This document shows, one piece after another, positions 36,632-46,143 of a stretch of 64,000 bases of DNA. Position numbers and translations under genes: made by a program. The stretch is taken from assembly GCA_039809245.1 (NCBI GenBank), contig JBDHUP010000001.1:100137-164136 (forward strand). The letters run 5' to 3'. The notes beneath the pieces are model-generated. The model did not search any database, was not told the origin of the DNA, and saw nothing but the letters and a program-made list of their open reading frames with translations. Position 1 is the first letter of the stretch; each line of letters starts with the position of its first letter. This DNA comes from Minisyncoccia bacterium (GTDB taxonomy: Bacteria > Patescibacteriota > Minisyncoccia > Phycocordibacterales > UBA9973).

Positions 36632-38536
36632 TTAAGCTTTTGCTTCTTCTTTCTTTTTAGGCATTATGCCGTGAGTGGTTATTATCTGATTGTACTCATC
36701 TTGCTCGAGAGTTTCTACTTCTACTAATTTCTTAGCGATAGCTTCTAAAACTTTACGGTGCTCCGTAAGAGTTTGTTTGGCTACTTCAAGAGCCTTGTTC
36801 ATTATTTTAGAAACTTCACCATCAATGAGAGCACTAACTCTTTCAGAATATTCTTGTTCGTTCACACCGCGACCAAACATTGTTCTACCTCCATCACTCT
36901 CTAGTGCCATAGGACCTATCTCGTCACTCATACCCCATCGTGTCACCATAGCACGAGCAAGACCAGTTGCAACTTGCAAATCATTGGATGGGCCAGTAGT
37001 GATATCACCAAAGATCATTTGTTCAGCTGCATAGCCACCCATTGCCATCGCGATATCATCTAAGAATTCTTTTTTACTTTGCAGACGTCTCTCTTCAAGA
37101 GGTAGTTTAAGTGTATAACCTCCAGCAGATCCTCGAGATACAATAGAAACTTTGTGTACTGGATCTGCATAAGGAAGCACCGATGCCACAAGTGCATGAC
37201 CTGCTTCATGGTAAGCTGTAATCTCTTTCTCTTTCTTTGACAGTAAGTGACTCTTGCGCTCAGGACCCATCATGACTTTCTCTATTGAACGTATCAGGTC
37301 GAACTGTGCAACTTTCTTGCGATCTTCACGAGCTGCAAGAATCGCGCCTTCGTTCATAAGTGAATAAAGATCAGCTCCAGAGAATCCAGGAGTGCGCTCG
37401 GCAATGATTTTCAAATTTACATCTTCAGCAAATGGTTTTTTATGTGAGTGTATAGTAAGTATTTCTTCACGATCTGATCGATCTGGAAGATCTAGAAGAA
37501 CTCTTCGATCAAAACGTCCTGGACGTAGGAGCGCAGGGTCGAGCACATCGGAACGGTTCGTCGCAGCCATAACTATTACCTTTTCATTCGGCTCGAATCC
37601 ATCCATCTCGACTAGTATCTGGTTTAGAGTTTGTTCGCGTTCATCATTTCCTCCTCCAACACCAGAACCACGTACACGTCCAACTGCATCTATCTCATCG
37701 ATAAATATTATCGCTGGTGCTGCTTTCTTTGCCATCTTGAACAAGTCGCGAACACGAGAAGCTCCAACTCCGACGAACATTTCGACGAATTCAGAACCAG
37801 ACAAGTGGAAGAATGGCACACTCGCTTCCCCTGCTACCGCACGAGCAAGTAGAGTCTTTCCTGTTCCTGGAGCACCTGTTAAGATAACTCCTTTCGGAAT
37901 ACGAGCACCTATATCAAGAAACTTTTTCGGGTTCCTCAAGAAGTCTACGATCTCTTTCAATTCTTCTTTAGCTTCTTTTGCTCCGGCAACATCTTTGAAT
38001 GTCACACGATTATTCTTATCATTTGGGTCAGTGATACGAGCTTTTGATTGACCGAAAGTGAAGGCTTGCATACCTTGGCCTTTCACTTGCCTTGTCAGCA
38101 TCCAGATAAAGAATATAACAAGTACAACTGGTAGAAGGAATGGGAGTATATTGAGCAACCAATATCCGAAACCACCCTGATCTTTCACTTCTATTGGTGT
38201 CTCAGCTAGCTGAGCTGGAGTAACACCATAGTTATATAGAGTCTCAGAAAGTGAACTCTCTATTTCTTTTTTTGCTTTGCCTAGTGTATCGTCTTTGAAA
38301 GTAACATCAATCTCTTGTCCTATAACTTCTATCTTCTTTATTGTACCTTCGGTAACACTCTTGGCTACATCAGAAATAGTAAGATCTTTTATGGTCTCAG
38401 GGGTTTTAGCTAATAGTGAGTAAATAATCGTAATACTAATAAATATAAAGATAGCAATGACGATTTGACTGCCAATTTTAGGTATTTTCTGTTGGGGTTT
38501 CCTTTTGTTCTTATCCATAGTATGGCCATTATACAC
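36632..38536 (-). CDS. ftsH: ATP-dependent zinc metalloprotease FtsH
   Basis: Two N-terminal TM helices. AAA Walker A GAPGTGKT. Zinc motif HEAGHAL. Confidence 0.95.
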   Translation of the reverse strand: MYNGHTMDKNKRKPQQKIPKIGSQIVIAIFIFISITIIYSLLAKTPETIKDLTISDVAKSVTEGTIKKIEVIGQEIDVTFKDDTLGKAKKEIESSLSETLYNYGVTPAQLAETPIEVKDQGGFGYWLLNILPFLLPVVLVIFFIWMLTRQVKGQGMQAFTFGQSKARITDPNDKNNRVTFKDVAGAKEAKEELKEIVDFLRNPKKFLDIGARIPKGVILTGAPGTGKTLLARAVAGEASVPFFHLSGSEFVEMFVGVGASRVRDLFKMAKKAAPAIIFIDEIDAVGRVRGSGVGGGNDEREQTLNQILVEMDGFEPNEKVIVMAATNRSDVLDPALLRPGRFDRRVLLDLPDRSDREEILTIHSHKKPFAEDVNLKIIAERTPGFSGADLYSLMNEGAILAAREDRKKVAQFDLIRSIEKVMMGPERKSHLLSKKEKEITAYHEAGHALVASVLPYADPVHKVSIVSRGSAGGYTLKLPLEERRLQSKKEFLDDIAMAMGGYAAEQMIFGDITTGPSNDLQVATGLARAMVTRWGMSDEIGPMALESDGGRTMFGRGVNEQEYSERVSALIDGEVSKIMNKALEVAKQTLTEHRKVLEAIAKKLVEVETLEQDEYNQIITTHGIMPKKKEEAKA

Positions 38537-38606
38537 GAAAGAGGAGTAAATAAAAAACCGCTTGCAATTGCTTGCAAACGGTTCCTAAAAGACTAAATTA
38601 AAAAGT

Positions 38607-38945
38607 CTATGCAGTTTTCAAAAATGGCATATGATTGCCAAAGTTTGCTTTAAACTTACTCAGGATATCCTTTGCTTTTTCATAGTCATCTCCAGTAAAA
38701 ACCTGGCTATCCTTTAAAGTTTTCTTATAAAGGGATTCCAATTTGGAAAAATATGCCGGTTTTTTGTTTACTGGTATTGGATCACTTTTTTTGCCATCTT
38801 TTAAACCCATTTCAATATGTATGAAAGTTATGAGTTTAATAAGATTTTCTACAAATGAACTTTTCTGGTTCTTGATCACAAACTTACTTTTACCGAACCA
38901 GTTTGGCATTGAGCCACATTTCTTTAACTTTTTCATAACATTCAA
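38607..38945 (-). CDS. Hypothetical protein (112 aa)
   Basis: ORF only. Lys-rich. Confidence 0.3.
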   Translation of the reverse strand: MNVMKKLKKCGSMPNWFGKSKFVIKNQKSSFVENLIKLITFIHIEMGLKDGKKSDPIPVNKKPAYFSKLESLYKKTLKDSQVFTGDDYEKAKDILSKFKANFGNHMPFLKTA

Positions 38946-39146
38946 TTTTAGGGGTTAAATAAATATTTTTGTCCATACTGCCATAATAAGTGATATAAAT
39001 CAATATCTGTGGAGATGGGCTGGACCGTGAGTACACTTGTTGATCCTTACAGGATCTGTACACCTTTTCCATTCGCGATTACACTCATGAGGAAAAGGTC
39101 TTCACCTCCGCCACATAAGCAAAGCAGTTTGCTTGTTCACTCCACA

Positions 39147-39180
39147 ATATAAAAACTCCGCTTGCGCAGAGTTTTTATAT
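39147..39180 (-). terminator. Rho-independent terminator of ssrA
   Basis: aaaaactccgc...gcagagttttt inverted repeat directly downstream of the tmRNA 3' end. Confidence 0.55.
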
Positions 39181-39182
39181 TG

Positions 39183-39578
39183 TGGAGATGGGCGGAGTTG
39201 AACCGCCATGCAAAAGAAGTTCATAGGTGAATCTACATGTTTATCATGTTCGATTGGGTTTAAACGGGAAAGCTAGAGAACAGGCAATATACTTTCGCGC
39301 CGAGCTCTTCATTGTCGGAATTCTATGCAAGCGGTATAAAATTCGTAACCCGATTAATTATGCCTCCCCTATTTATCGGATGTCGATAAGAGAGACACCT
39401 GACCGGCTTAAGTTAAGCGAGTACAGGAGCAAAGTTTAAACCAAATGCGTTAGCAAATGGTGACTTTACTGAAGCGACTTTGTTTGCACTTAGTCTTTTC
39501 CAAGAAGTTTAGAAAGATTCCTGGGTACTTTACATGCACATCTATGAGTGACGTCCTTTGTCGAAGCCCGTCATCCCC
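39183..39578 (-). ncRNA. ssrA: tmRNA (SsrA), standard one-piece form. The tag reading frame at 39413..39487 encodes ANKVASVKSPFANAFGLNFAPVLA-stop.
   Basis: 5' end is GGGGATGACGGGCTTCGAC. 3' end is GGCGGTTCAACTCCGCCCATCTCCA, with acceptor GGGGATG/CATCTCC including the G3:U70 pair. Resume context GACUAAGU GCA AAC matches the E. coli UAGUC GCA AAC context. smpB is adjacent. Confidence 0.85.
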
Positions 39579-39597
39579 ATTATTCTTTTATCAAAGA

Positions 39598-40047
39598 TTA
39601 TCTTTTATATTCTCGATCGATTTCTCGATCTGTCTCGCGCTTCTTGATAGTCTCGCGTTTGTCATAGTTCTTCTTTCCTTTTACTACAGCAAGCTCTACC
39701 TTGATAAGGCGCCCCTTACTATACAACGAAAGTGGCACCAGCGTCAAACCTTTCATATTATCACTTGGAGCTATTTCCTTTATTTGCTTCTTACTAAGCA
39801 GGAGTTTGCGAGTCCGGGTTGGATCATAATCGAGTGGAGTGTTGCCAACTTGGTATGGTGGAATCTGCATATTCATAAGGTAGACTTCCCCACCACGAAC
39901 TATTGCGAATGCTCCGGCTAGTATCGCTCGGCCACTCTTTATAGACTTCACCTCAAATCCAAAAAGCTCAATACCGGCTTCGTATTTCTGTATAACTTCA
40001 TAATTAAAATGGGCCTTTCGGTTATCTATCAAGACTGTCATATCCAT
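39598..40047 (-). CDS. smpB: SsrA-binding protein SmpB
   Basis: 149 aa. Reads NRKAHFNYEV...GIELFGFEVKSIK.... Sits directly upstream of ssrA. Confidence 0.9.
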   Translation of the reverse strand: MDMTVLIDNRKAHFNYEVIQKYEAGIELFGFEVKSIKSGRAILAGAFAIVRGGEVYLMNMQIPPYQVGNTPLDYDPTRTRKLLLSKKQIKEIAPSDNMKGLTLVPLSLYSKGRLIKVELAVVKGKKNYDKRETIKKRETDREIDREYKR

Positions 40048-40140
40048 ATATTAGCATATTATCTATCCGTATTTAGGTAAAAAAATAACCGCACTCATTC
40101 CTGAGGTACGGTATTTTGTGTGGGTTGAGAAGTATTAATT

Positions 40141-40587
40141 TTAAACGAACTCTGCTTTCTTTAATTCTCTTTTTAGCATCATGGATCTTTTATCTTTTTT
40201 CGGGATATCAAACCATGGAGTACCAGTCTTTCTTGATTCATCAATCTGATCACGGTGCTTTTTATGGAGCTTATGCCAGTGTTTGTGAATATCTTGAAAG
40301 TAATACATGCCAGTTTCTTTATCTATTTTTACTGGGACATCTTTCCGGAGAATTGTTTCAGTTTCTGTATCCATTTCATCAATACGTCTACTAATATATC
40401 CAGTACAAAATAAATATTCATACTTTTGTTTTTTGGGTATACACTGATTCAAGATAACAAAAGTTATTACTAATATTGCAATAAAAATTGCAACAGGTAT
40501 GTAGTATTCGCTTAAAAATTTTCCAGTAGACTTTATCCAGCCAGCCCATTCAGTCGATAAAAGAGTTAGTGTGTTCATGATTTTCAA
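40141..40587 (-). CDS. Hypothetical membrane-anchored protein (148 aa)
   Basis: One TM segment (IPVAIFIAILVITFVIL), then a charged and His-rich C-terminal region. Confidence 0.35.
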   Translation of the reverse strand: MKIMNTLTLLSTEWAGWIKSTGKFLSEYYIPVAIFIAILVITFVILNQCIPKKQKYEYLFCTGYISRRIDEMDTETETILRKDVPVKIDKETGMYYFQDIHKHWHKLHKKHRDQIDESRKTGTPWFDIPKKDKRSMMLKRELKKAEFV

Positions 40588-40722
40588 TTTTAGTTTCTAT
40601 TTTTTATAACGCAATACTATATAAATTGCAAGTTACATAAAAACACCATCCGATTTTAAAGGATGGTGCTGTTCATGCTTGAAATTGAGGTAAGCATGCT
40701 TTGTGCTTGGTTGTAATATTTT

Positions 40723-40989
40723 TTATTCTGTCTGCTGGTTGCTTGGTCCAGCAATTTTTTTACATCCATTTATTAACCAATACAATGAGGTCAAAAATAC
40801 GAGCCCAGCTAAGAGAAATCCGAACCAGTCAGAATCTCCTGTATTTTTGTCATGTATTGATATTAAAAATATGATACAAAAAAGTGATCCAAACAACCCT
40901 GAAGCAGAAATATTTACTATTTGTTTAGGAGTTAACTCCTGTTCATTTTTTTTCATAAAACAATTTTTAATGGGTTTAGAATCCAACAA
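40723..40989 (-). CDS. Hypothetical small two-TM membrane protein (88 aa). The strand call against the overlapping + ORF is uncertain.
   Basis: Hydrophobic segments LFGSLFCIIFLISI and FGFLLAGLVFLTSLYWLI. Confidence 0.25.
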   Translation of the reverse strand: MLDSKPIKNCFMKKNEQELTPKQIVNISASGLFGSLFCIIFLISIHDKNTGDSDWFGFLLAGLVFLTSLYWLINGCKKIAGPSNQQTE

Positions 40990-41054
40990 TATGTTCTGAA
41001 AAATCTTGCTTGTATTATATCAGATACAAGCCGAAAAGTCAAGCGAATCAAGCC

Positions 41055-41897
41055 TTATTTTGTATAGTTCCCTACCTTTGTACGCTTTATGGAGTACGTC
41101 ACTAAAGGTAAGCCTATCTTGTCGCTTATATCTGAAACAAGCTGTCTGATATATGTGCCACTACTGCATTCGGCTACACAAGATACTATCGTATACTCTG
41201 CCTCAGCTGATTGTTTAAATACTTCGTTCCATTTAGCTTTTATATCTTCTTGTCTGAAGTCACCGTGCACTTTCGATAAACGCTCTAATATATCTTTCTG
41301 TAAATCATCTTTGGTCACAGTTCTTTGACTGATAAGTTCAAGTTTATGTATAGCAACTTCATGTTCTGGTAGGTCTTCCGGTAGTTCGTCATCCTTTGAA
41401 AGCTGGAAAAGTTGTTTCCCTCCGATAGTCTTGGATGAAAAGCTCGGGTACTTCTGTATAAAAGTCCCAACAAAAGATTCAAGTTCATATGCGAAGCTGG
41501 AGATGGATTTTGGAATGGTCTGGCCCCGCCCGTCAAATTCTTCGGTGGGGAGATCCGAGGACCTTCCAAAATCCATCTCCAGCGAAGCAGTTTTTTCCAA
41601 AGGACCAGAAATTTTATCTTCTGACGAAGCAACTTTTCCTAGTAAATCATAAGTATCAGTTTCAAATCCAACGAGGATTTCAAATTTGTATGTTTTATCT
41701 AAACCAAGATATTGATCTTTATTCTTACATTCTTCCCCGACAAGTAGAATCATCACCCCTTCAGCCATAGGGTCAAGCCGTCCAGCATAAGTCATAGGTA
41801 TATCAGCTGAAATAGAGTGCTCTTTTCGAACTTTTTCTAGAGATTCTAGGGGTGTCTCCCCTTGGTTTTTATAGGTTATGATGACATTCTCAGGCAT
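41055..41897 (-). CDS. truB: tRNA pseudouridine(55) synthase TruB, with an in-frame insertion of about 33 aa
   Basis: Catalytic motif YAGRLDPMAEGVMILLVG. The insertion (LEMDFGRSSDLPTEEFDGRGQTIPKSI...) coincides with a DNA palindrome. Confidence 0.75.
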   Translation of the reverse strand: MPENVIITYKNQGETPLESLEKVRKEHSISADIPMTYAGRLDPMAEGVMILLVGEECKNKDQYLGLDKTYKFEILVGFETDTYDLLGKVASSEDKISGPLEKTASLEMDFGRSSDLPTEEFDGRGQTIPKSISSFAYELESFVGTFIQKYPSFSSKTIGGKQLFQLSKDDELPEDLPEHEVAIHKLELISQRTVTKDDLQKDILERLSKVHGDFRQEDIKAKWNEVFKQSAEAEYTIVSCVAECSSGTYIRQLVSDISDKIGLPLVTYSIKRTKVGNYTK

Positions 41898-41948
41898 ATT
41901 GCCATACTAACATAGATATGCTAGTATTCTAGCTAGGTAGGCTTAGTC

Positions 41949-42527
41949 TTGCTTATAAGCAAGCAATCTATTTATACTATCGAGGGTAATTATAATTTGA
42001 GAGAAAGAACCAACAATCAAATAAGAGCTAATGAGATTCGTGTAATCTCAAGCACAGGCGAAAACCTTGGCGTTTTGAGTTTTAAGGAAGCATTCGCTTT
42101 AGCCCAAAAAGAAGGCCTTGATTTGATTGAAATTTCTCCAAATGCTAAACCACCAATAGTCAAAATAGCAAACTACGGCAAATACCAATATGAGCAGAAC
42201 AAGAAGCAGAAGAAAGCTAAAGCAGGAGCAAAAACAACAGAAACCAAATCTATCCAGATAAAGATAGGTACTGGCGACAATGATCTTGCTCTGAAAGCTC
42301 GCAAGGCTTCCGAATGGCTCAAGGAAGGTCACCGTATCAAAGTAGAACTTTTCTTATCAGGCCGTTCCAAGTTTATGCCAGACCCATTCCTAAAAGAACG
42401 ACTAGATAGAGTTCTCCACCTAATAACAGAGAATTTTAAAATAGCAGAAGATTATAAGAAGGGACCGAAAGGACCAACAATTACTATTGAAAGAGATAAA
42501 GGAACTACAACAACTCCAAAATCTTAA
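41949..42527 (+). CDS. infC: Translation initiation factor IF-3. The true start is probably the downstream TTG at 41997, preceded by GAGGG.
   Basis: NEIRVISSTGENLGVLSFKEAFALAQKEGLDLIEISPNAKPPIVKI matches the IF3 N-domain. Confidence 0.85.
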   Translation: MLISKQSIYTIEGNYNLRERTNNQIRANEIRVISSTGENLGVLSFKEAFALAQKEGLDLIEISPNAKPPIVKIANYGKYQYEQNKKQKKAKAGAKTTETKSIQIKIGTGDNDLALKARKASEWLKEGHRIKVELFLSGRSKFMPDPFLKERLDRVLHLITENFKIAEDYKKGPKGPTITIERDKGTTTTPKS

Positions 42528-42540
42528 GTAAAAATATTTT

Positions 42541-42735
42541 ATGAGTATAAAAACAAACAAATCATTAACAAAGCGTCTAAAGGTTACTAAGAACGGTAAG
42601 ATCCTAGCGAGAGCTCCAGGTTTCAACCACTTTAATGCTAGACAGACACGAAGAAAGCAGCTAAATGGTAAAAAGATGCAGGATTTTGCTATTTCAAATA
42701 AGAACGCTCGTACATATCTTGCTAATGCAAAATAA
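42541..42735 (+). CDS. rpmI: 50S ribosomal protein L35
   Basis: 64 aa basic protein with a KTNKSLTKRLKVTKNGKIL start. Sits in the infC-rpmI-rplT order. Confidence 0.85.
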   Translation: MSIKTNKSLTKRLKVTKNGKILARAPGFNHFNARQTRRKQLNGKKMQDFAISNKNARTYLANAK

Positions 42736-42762
42736 TTAATAATTACTATTTAATATAAATAT

Positions 42763-43104
42763 ATGACAAGAGTAAAAAGAGGAACAATGAAGAATAAGCG
42801 TCGCAAGAATATCCTAGCTCAGACAAAAGGATTTCGTTTCGGTCGCAGTACGAAAGTCGCTCAAGCAACAGAAGCACTTGCTCATGCAGGAGCTTACTCA
42901 TTTGCACATCGCAAAGACAAGAAAGCAGATGCTCGCAGTCTATGGACTACTCGTATAAATGCAGCTGTTAGACCTATGGGTCTCTCATACAGTAAACTAA
43001 TCGACGGACTAGCAAAGAAGAAAATCGGACTCGATCGTAAAATACTTTCAGACCTTGCACAAAACAATCCTGAAACATTCGAAAGAGTAGTAAAAAGTAT
43101 ATAA
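42763..43104 (+). CDS. rplT: 50S ribosomal protein L20
   Basis: Reads MTRVKRGTMKNKRRKNILAQTKGFRFGRS... Confidence 0.9.
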   Translation: MTRVKRGTMKNKRRKNILAQTKGFRFGRSTKVAQATEALAHAGAYSFAHRKDKKADARSLWTTRINAAVRPMGLSYSKLIDGLAKKKIGLDRKILSDLAQNNPETFERVVKSI

Positions 43105-43106
43105 AT

Positions 43107-43140
43107 AAAATCCTCGCTTTTGCGAGGATTTTATTTTTTC
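43107..43140. terminator. Bidirectional terminator after rplT
   Basis: aaaatcctcgc tttt gcgaggatttt hairpin followed by ttttttc. Confidence 0.65.
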
Positions 43141-43748
43141 TTATCTTTTAAAGCCATCTCTATGACTTTCTTAACTAGATTTTTTGGATCAGTATCGAAA
43201 ACTACATGATCACTGGGTTTATTACTTTTCTCAATCATATCTTTGATTGTATCTGCCATTGTCCAATCGCCTTCTAGTACTCCGACAGTCTTACCGTCTT
43301 CAAACGCAATAGTGAACTCATGTATAGTCCCCATGCGACCACATCCAATGATGACAGCATCACAGCTACGAGTAAACAATAGATCTCTTCCGGAAAATCC
43401 AAACCCTGTATAAATAATGAGATCCATATAATCGAGTGGTAATCGATAAGTACTGACATGCTCCTTTTCATTAGCAGCTGGGGAGATTCCTATACTCAAA
43501 CCTTTCTCTTCTTTTGCTCCCATAGCGCTCCATAATGGAAAGCCAGTGCTAGCACCAGTGACTACTACCCCACCTTGGCGAATTATTTCACGTCCAAGCT
43601 CTTTAGATTGGTCAAAAGCATTCATACCACAAGTCCCAGTCTCGGCAGCTCCTGATACACCAATCTTTAACTTTAGATGATTATGCTTGTCACCATTACC
43701 CATCTGACCGTTGTAGCAAATATATTCTGTTTTACCATTTAAATCCAT
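43131..43748 (-). CDS. LOG/TIGR00725-like Rossmann-fold protein
   Basis: Reads KIGVSGAAETGTCG...VVVTGASTGFPLWSAMGA...AVIIGCGRMGTIHEF. Confidence 0.4.
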   Translation of the reverse strand: MDLNGKTEYICYNGQMGNGDKHNHLKLKIGVSGAAETGTCGMNAFDQSKELGREIIRQGGVVVTGASTGFPLWSAMGAKEEKGLSIGISPAANEKEHVSTYRLPLDYMDLIIYTGFGFSGRDLLFTRSCDAVIIGCGRMGTIHEFTIAFEDGKTVGVLEGDWTMADTIKDMIEKSNKPSDHVVFDTDPKNLVKKVIEMALKDKKK

Positions 43749-43757
43749 AAATATTTT

Positions 43758-45146
43758 TTAGCACTCTAATATTACTTTCTCTCCAGCTTCTGGAGCGTAA
43801 GTCTTTATACCAAAGTTATCTCTTAATTTCTGAGCTAGGAAAAGTGAAGATTTTGGTTCACCCATAACAACAAAAATCTTTTTTACTGTATCTGCTGTAT
43901 TATGTACAAATTCTACCAAATTATCAGAATCTTTGTGTCCAGAATATCCACTTATCATTTCTAGGTGCGCCCGGACTGGTATTTCCTGACCTTGAATATG
44001 GACTGTACTAGCACCTTCTTGAATACGACGCCCAAGTGTACCTACTGATTGATATCCAGTTAGGAGGATGGTGTTGTTTGGATCTGGGAGATAGTTTTTC
44101 TCGTGGTGTATAATTCTACCCCCATTAGACATTCCACTTCCAGCAATAATAATTTTAGGATTTGGAGCGTGTAGTATAGCTTTGGATTCTTCTGTATCTG
44201 GAGTTTCTTTCAAACCTTCGAATTCAAATATATTATCACCCGAAGCTATTATTTTCTGTGTTGCTTCATTAAAATATTTCCCGTACTTCATATATACATC
44301 TGTTAGTTTAATAGCAAGTGGTGAATCGAGAAACATTGTCATTCTTGGGATTCTTTTCCCTTCGACAAATGAATCTATCTCATAGAGTAGCTCTTGGGTT
44401 CGCTCTAGTGAAAACGTAGGGATGATGAGTGTACCATTTCGCTTATAGTTATCTTCTATAACTTGTTCTAATTTTTTCTTTCGTTCATCTCTATGTTCGT
44501 GATTACGATCACCATATACAGATTCCATTATTAGGTAATCTGCATCAGAAACTACTTCAGTATCGCGAAGAAGTGGTGATGGAGAATTACCAAGATCTCC
44601 AGTGAAAATGATTTTCTTCCCATTATAAACTACCTCAAGCATTCCAGAGCCGAGTATATGACCTGCATCTTTATATGAAAACTGGAATCCATGATCAACA
44701 TTCAGCTTCTGACCATACTCTAGAGTCTCCCAAGAATCCATAGCTTTCTTTATATTCTCGACGCTATATATCTCTGGTAGATTATGTTCTTTGTCATGTG
44801 AAAGCAGGTGCGCAGTATCAGCAAGCATTATCTCTGTAATGTCTTTGGTTGGGATAGTAGATATGATTTTACCTTTAAATCCTTCGCTTATGAGCTTCGG
44901 AATACGCCCTATGTGATCTATATGACCATGGGTTATAAAAAGTATGTCTATTTGTGAAGCTTCATAAGGAAATTTATCCCAGTTTAGATCGTCAGCGAGC
45001 TTTTCGCCTTGGATTAAACCACAATCAATAAGAAATTTCTTACCATTACCTTCTAAAAGAAAATTTGCTCCTGTGACTGTCCCTGCTCCCGAACAAAACG
45101 TAACTGAAAGATTTGAATCGTTTGCCATATATGCTCTATTATACAC
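43758..45146 (-). CDS. Metallo-beta-lactamase fold beta-CASP-type ribonuclease/hydrolase
   Basis: HxHxDH motif (ITHGHIDHIG). 462 aa with beta-CASP-like length. Confidence 0.65.
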   Translation of the reverse strand: MYNRAYMANDSNLSVTFCSGAGTVTGANFLLEGNGKKFLIDCGLIQGEKLADDLNWDKFPYEASQIDILFITHGHIDHIGRIPKLISEGFKGKIISTIPTKDITEIMLADTAHLLSHDKEHNLPEIYSVENIKKAMDSWETLEYGQKLNVDHGFQFSYKDAGHILGSGMLEVVYNGKKIIFTGDLGNSPSPLLRDTEVVSDADYLIMESVYGDRNHEHRDERKKKLEQVIEDNYKRNGTLIIPTFSLERTQELLYEIDSFVEGKRIPRMTMFLDSPLAIKLTDVYMKYGKYFNEATQKIIASGDNIFEFEGLKETPDTEESKAILHAPNPKIIIAGSGMSNGGRIIHHEKNYLPDPNNTILLTGYQSVGTLGRRIQEGASTVHIQGQEIPVRAHLEMISGYSGHKDSDNLVEFVHNTADTVKKIFVVMGEPKSSLFLAQKLRDNFGIKTYAPEAGEKVILEC

Positions 45147-45458
45147 GAGATTATTAAAATAAACGAAAATTTAAGACTCAAAAATAAAAAATCCTTCCGA
45201 AAAATAGGAAGAATCTCTTATTAGGACTATCTGATAGATATTACCATAGCCATTAAGCTACGTGGGACTATGAATAATGCAGATTTGTTCACATTAATAA
45301 CGTTACAGCACTGTATTAAAACAATTTGTCCCCTAAAATTTTGATCTAGGTAATACAAATCAAATAACCCTACCTTAATTATACGCCTCTCTCTCATCTA
45401 CGCAAGTTTTTTGGTCAAAGGGGCACATATTTGACAATATTTCAAATAAAGTCTCTAT

Positions 45459-46097
45459 CTAGATTTCAAAATTTTTCAATTCTTCAATGATTTCCGCCAC
45501 CGATTCATCATTTATGTCTTCTGGTTTAATATTTGAGTGTGAAAAAATTTGTTTTTCGATTTCTCTACCACAGTTTATTAACCTATCTCGCTCTTCTTCA
45601 TGGAAACTTGTAGTTTTATATCTTTTGTTTGCATCATTCATTCTTTCATTAAACGAAAGAACTCCATGAGGCCCTACTCTACCATCAACATAGTGGATTA
45701 ATTTCTGAATAAAATTTTCCCCTTCTTTGTGTTTACACATATAAGGAAATCTATTCTCACCTGCATAGTTTATAACCTCACTAGATTGATTAAGTTCTTT
45801 TATAATCTTGATAGTTGCTTCATGTTCATCATTTCCATACTTTTCAATAAATCCATCTTTGACGTTTTGCCAATATTCTATACCTTCTGGCTGAACAAAC
45901 TCTGGAAAATAATCTAACTTTGATTTAATAATATTACCCATATCGTGAAGCAAACAAACTCTAATAACGATATCTTTGTCTATATCAAGACTGAGTGATT
46001 CACAAATTTGTTTAGCTACTGCCGCCACTCGCAATTGGTGTAATTGTAGATTTGGCATTATTTTATACTCTTCGTATATATCTTTGATTTTCCGCAT
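45459..46097 (-). CDS. HD-domain phosphohydrolase
   Basis: His...HD signature: LHQLRVAAVAKQI ... LLHDMGN. Confidence 0.6.
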   Translation of the reverse strand: MRKIKDIYEEYKIMPNLQLHQLRVAAVAKQICESLSLDIDKDIVIRVCLLHDMGNIIKSKLDYFPEFVQPEGIEYWQNVKDGFIEKYGNDEHEATIKIIKELNQSSEVINYAGENRFPYMCKHKEGENFIQKLIHYVDGRVGPHGVLSFNERMNDANKRYKTTSFHEEERDRLINCGREIEKQIFSHSNIKPEDINDESVAEIIEELKNFEI

Positions 46098-46143
46098 ATG
46101 GCTATATTAGCATAAAATCCCCTTTCGGGGATTTTATTGCGAT

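Noticed and set aside
37392-38051. 219-aa + strand ORF inside ftsH
   Set aside because: It is antisense to a highly conserved FtsH coding sequence and has an Arg/Ser-rich artefactual composition.
39227-39921. + strand ORFs 39227..39439 and 39457..39921
   Set aside because: They overlap tmRNA (ssrA) and the smpB coding strand. The region is explained by ssrA and smpB on the minus strand.
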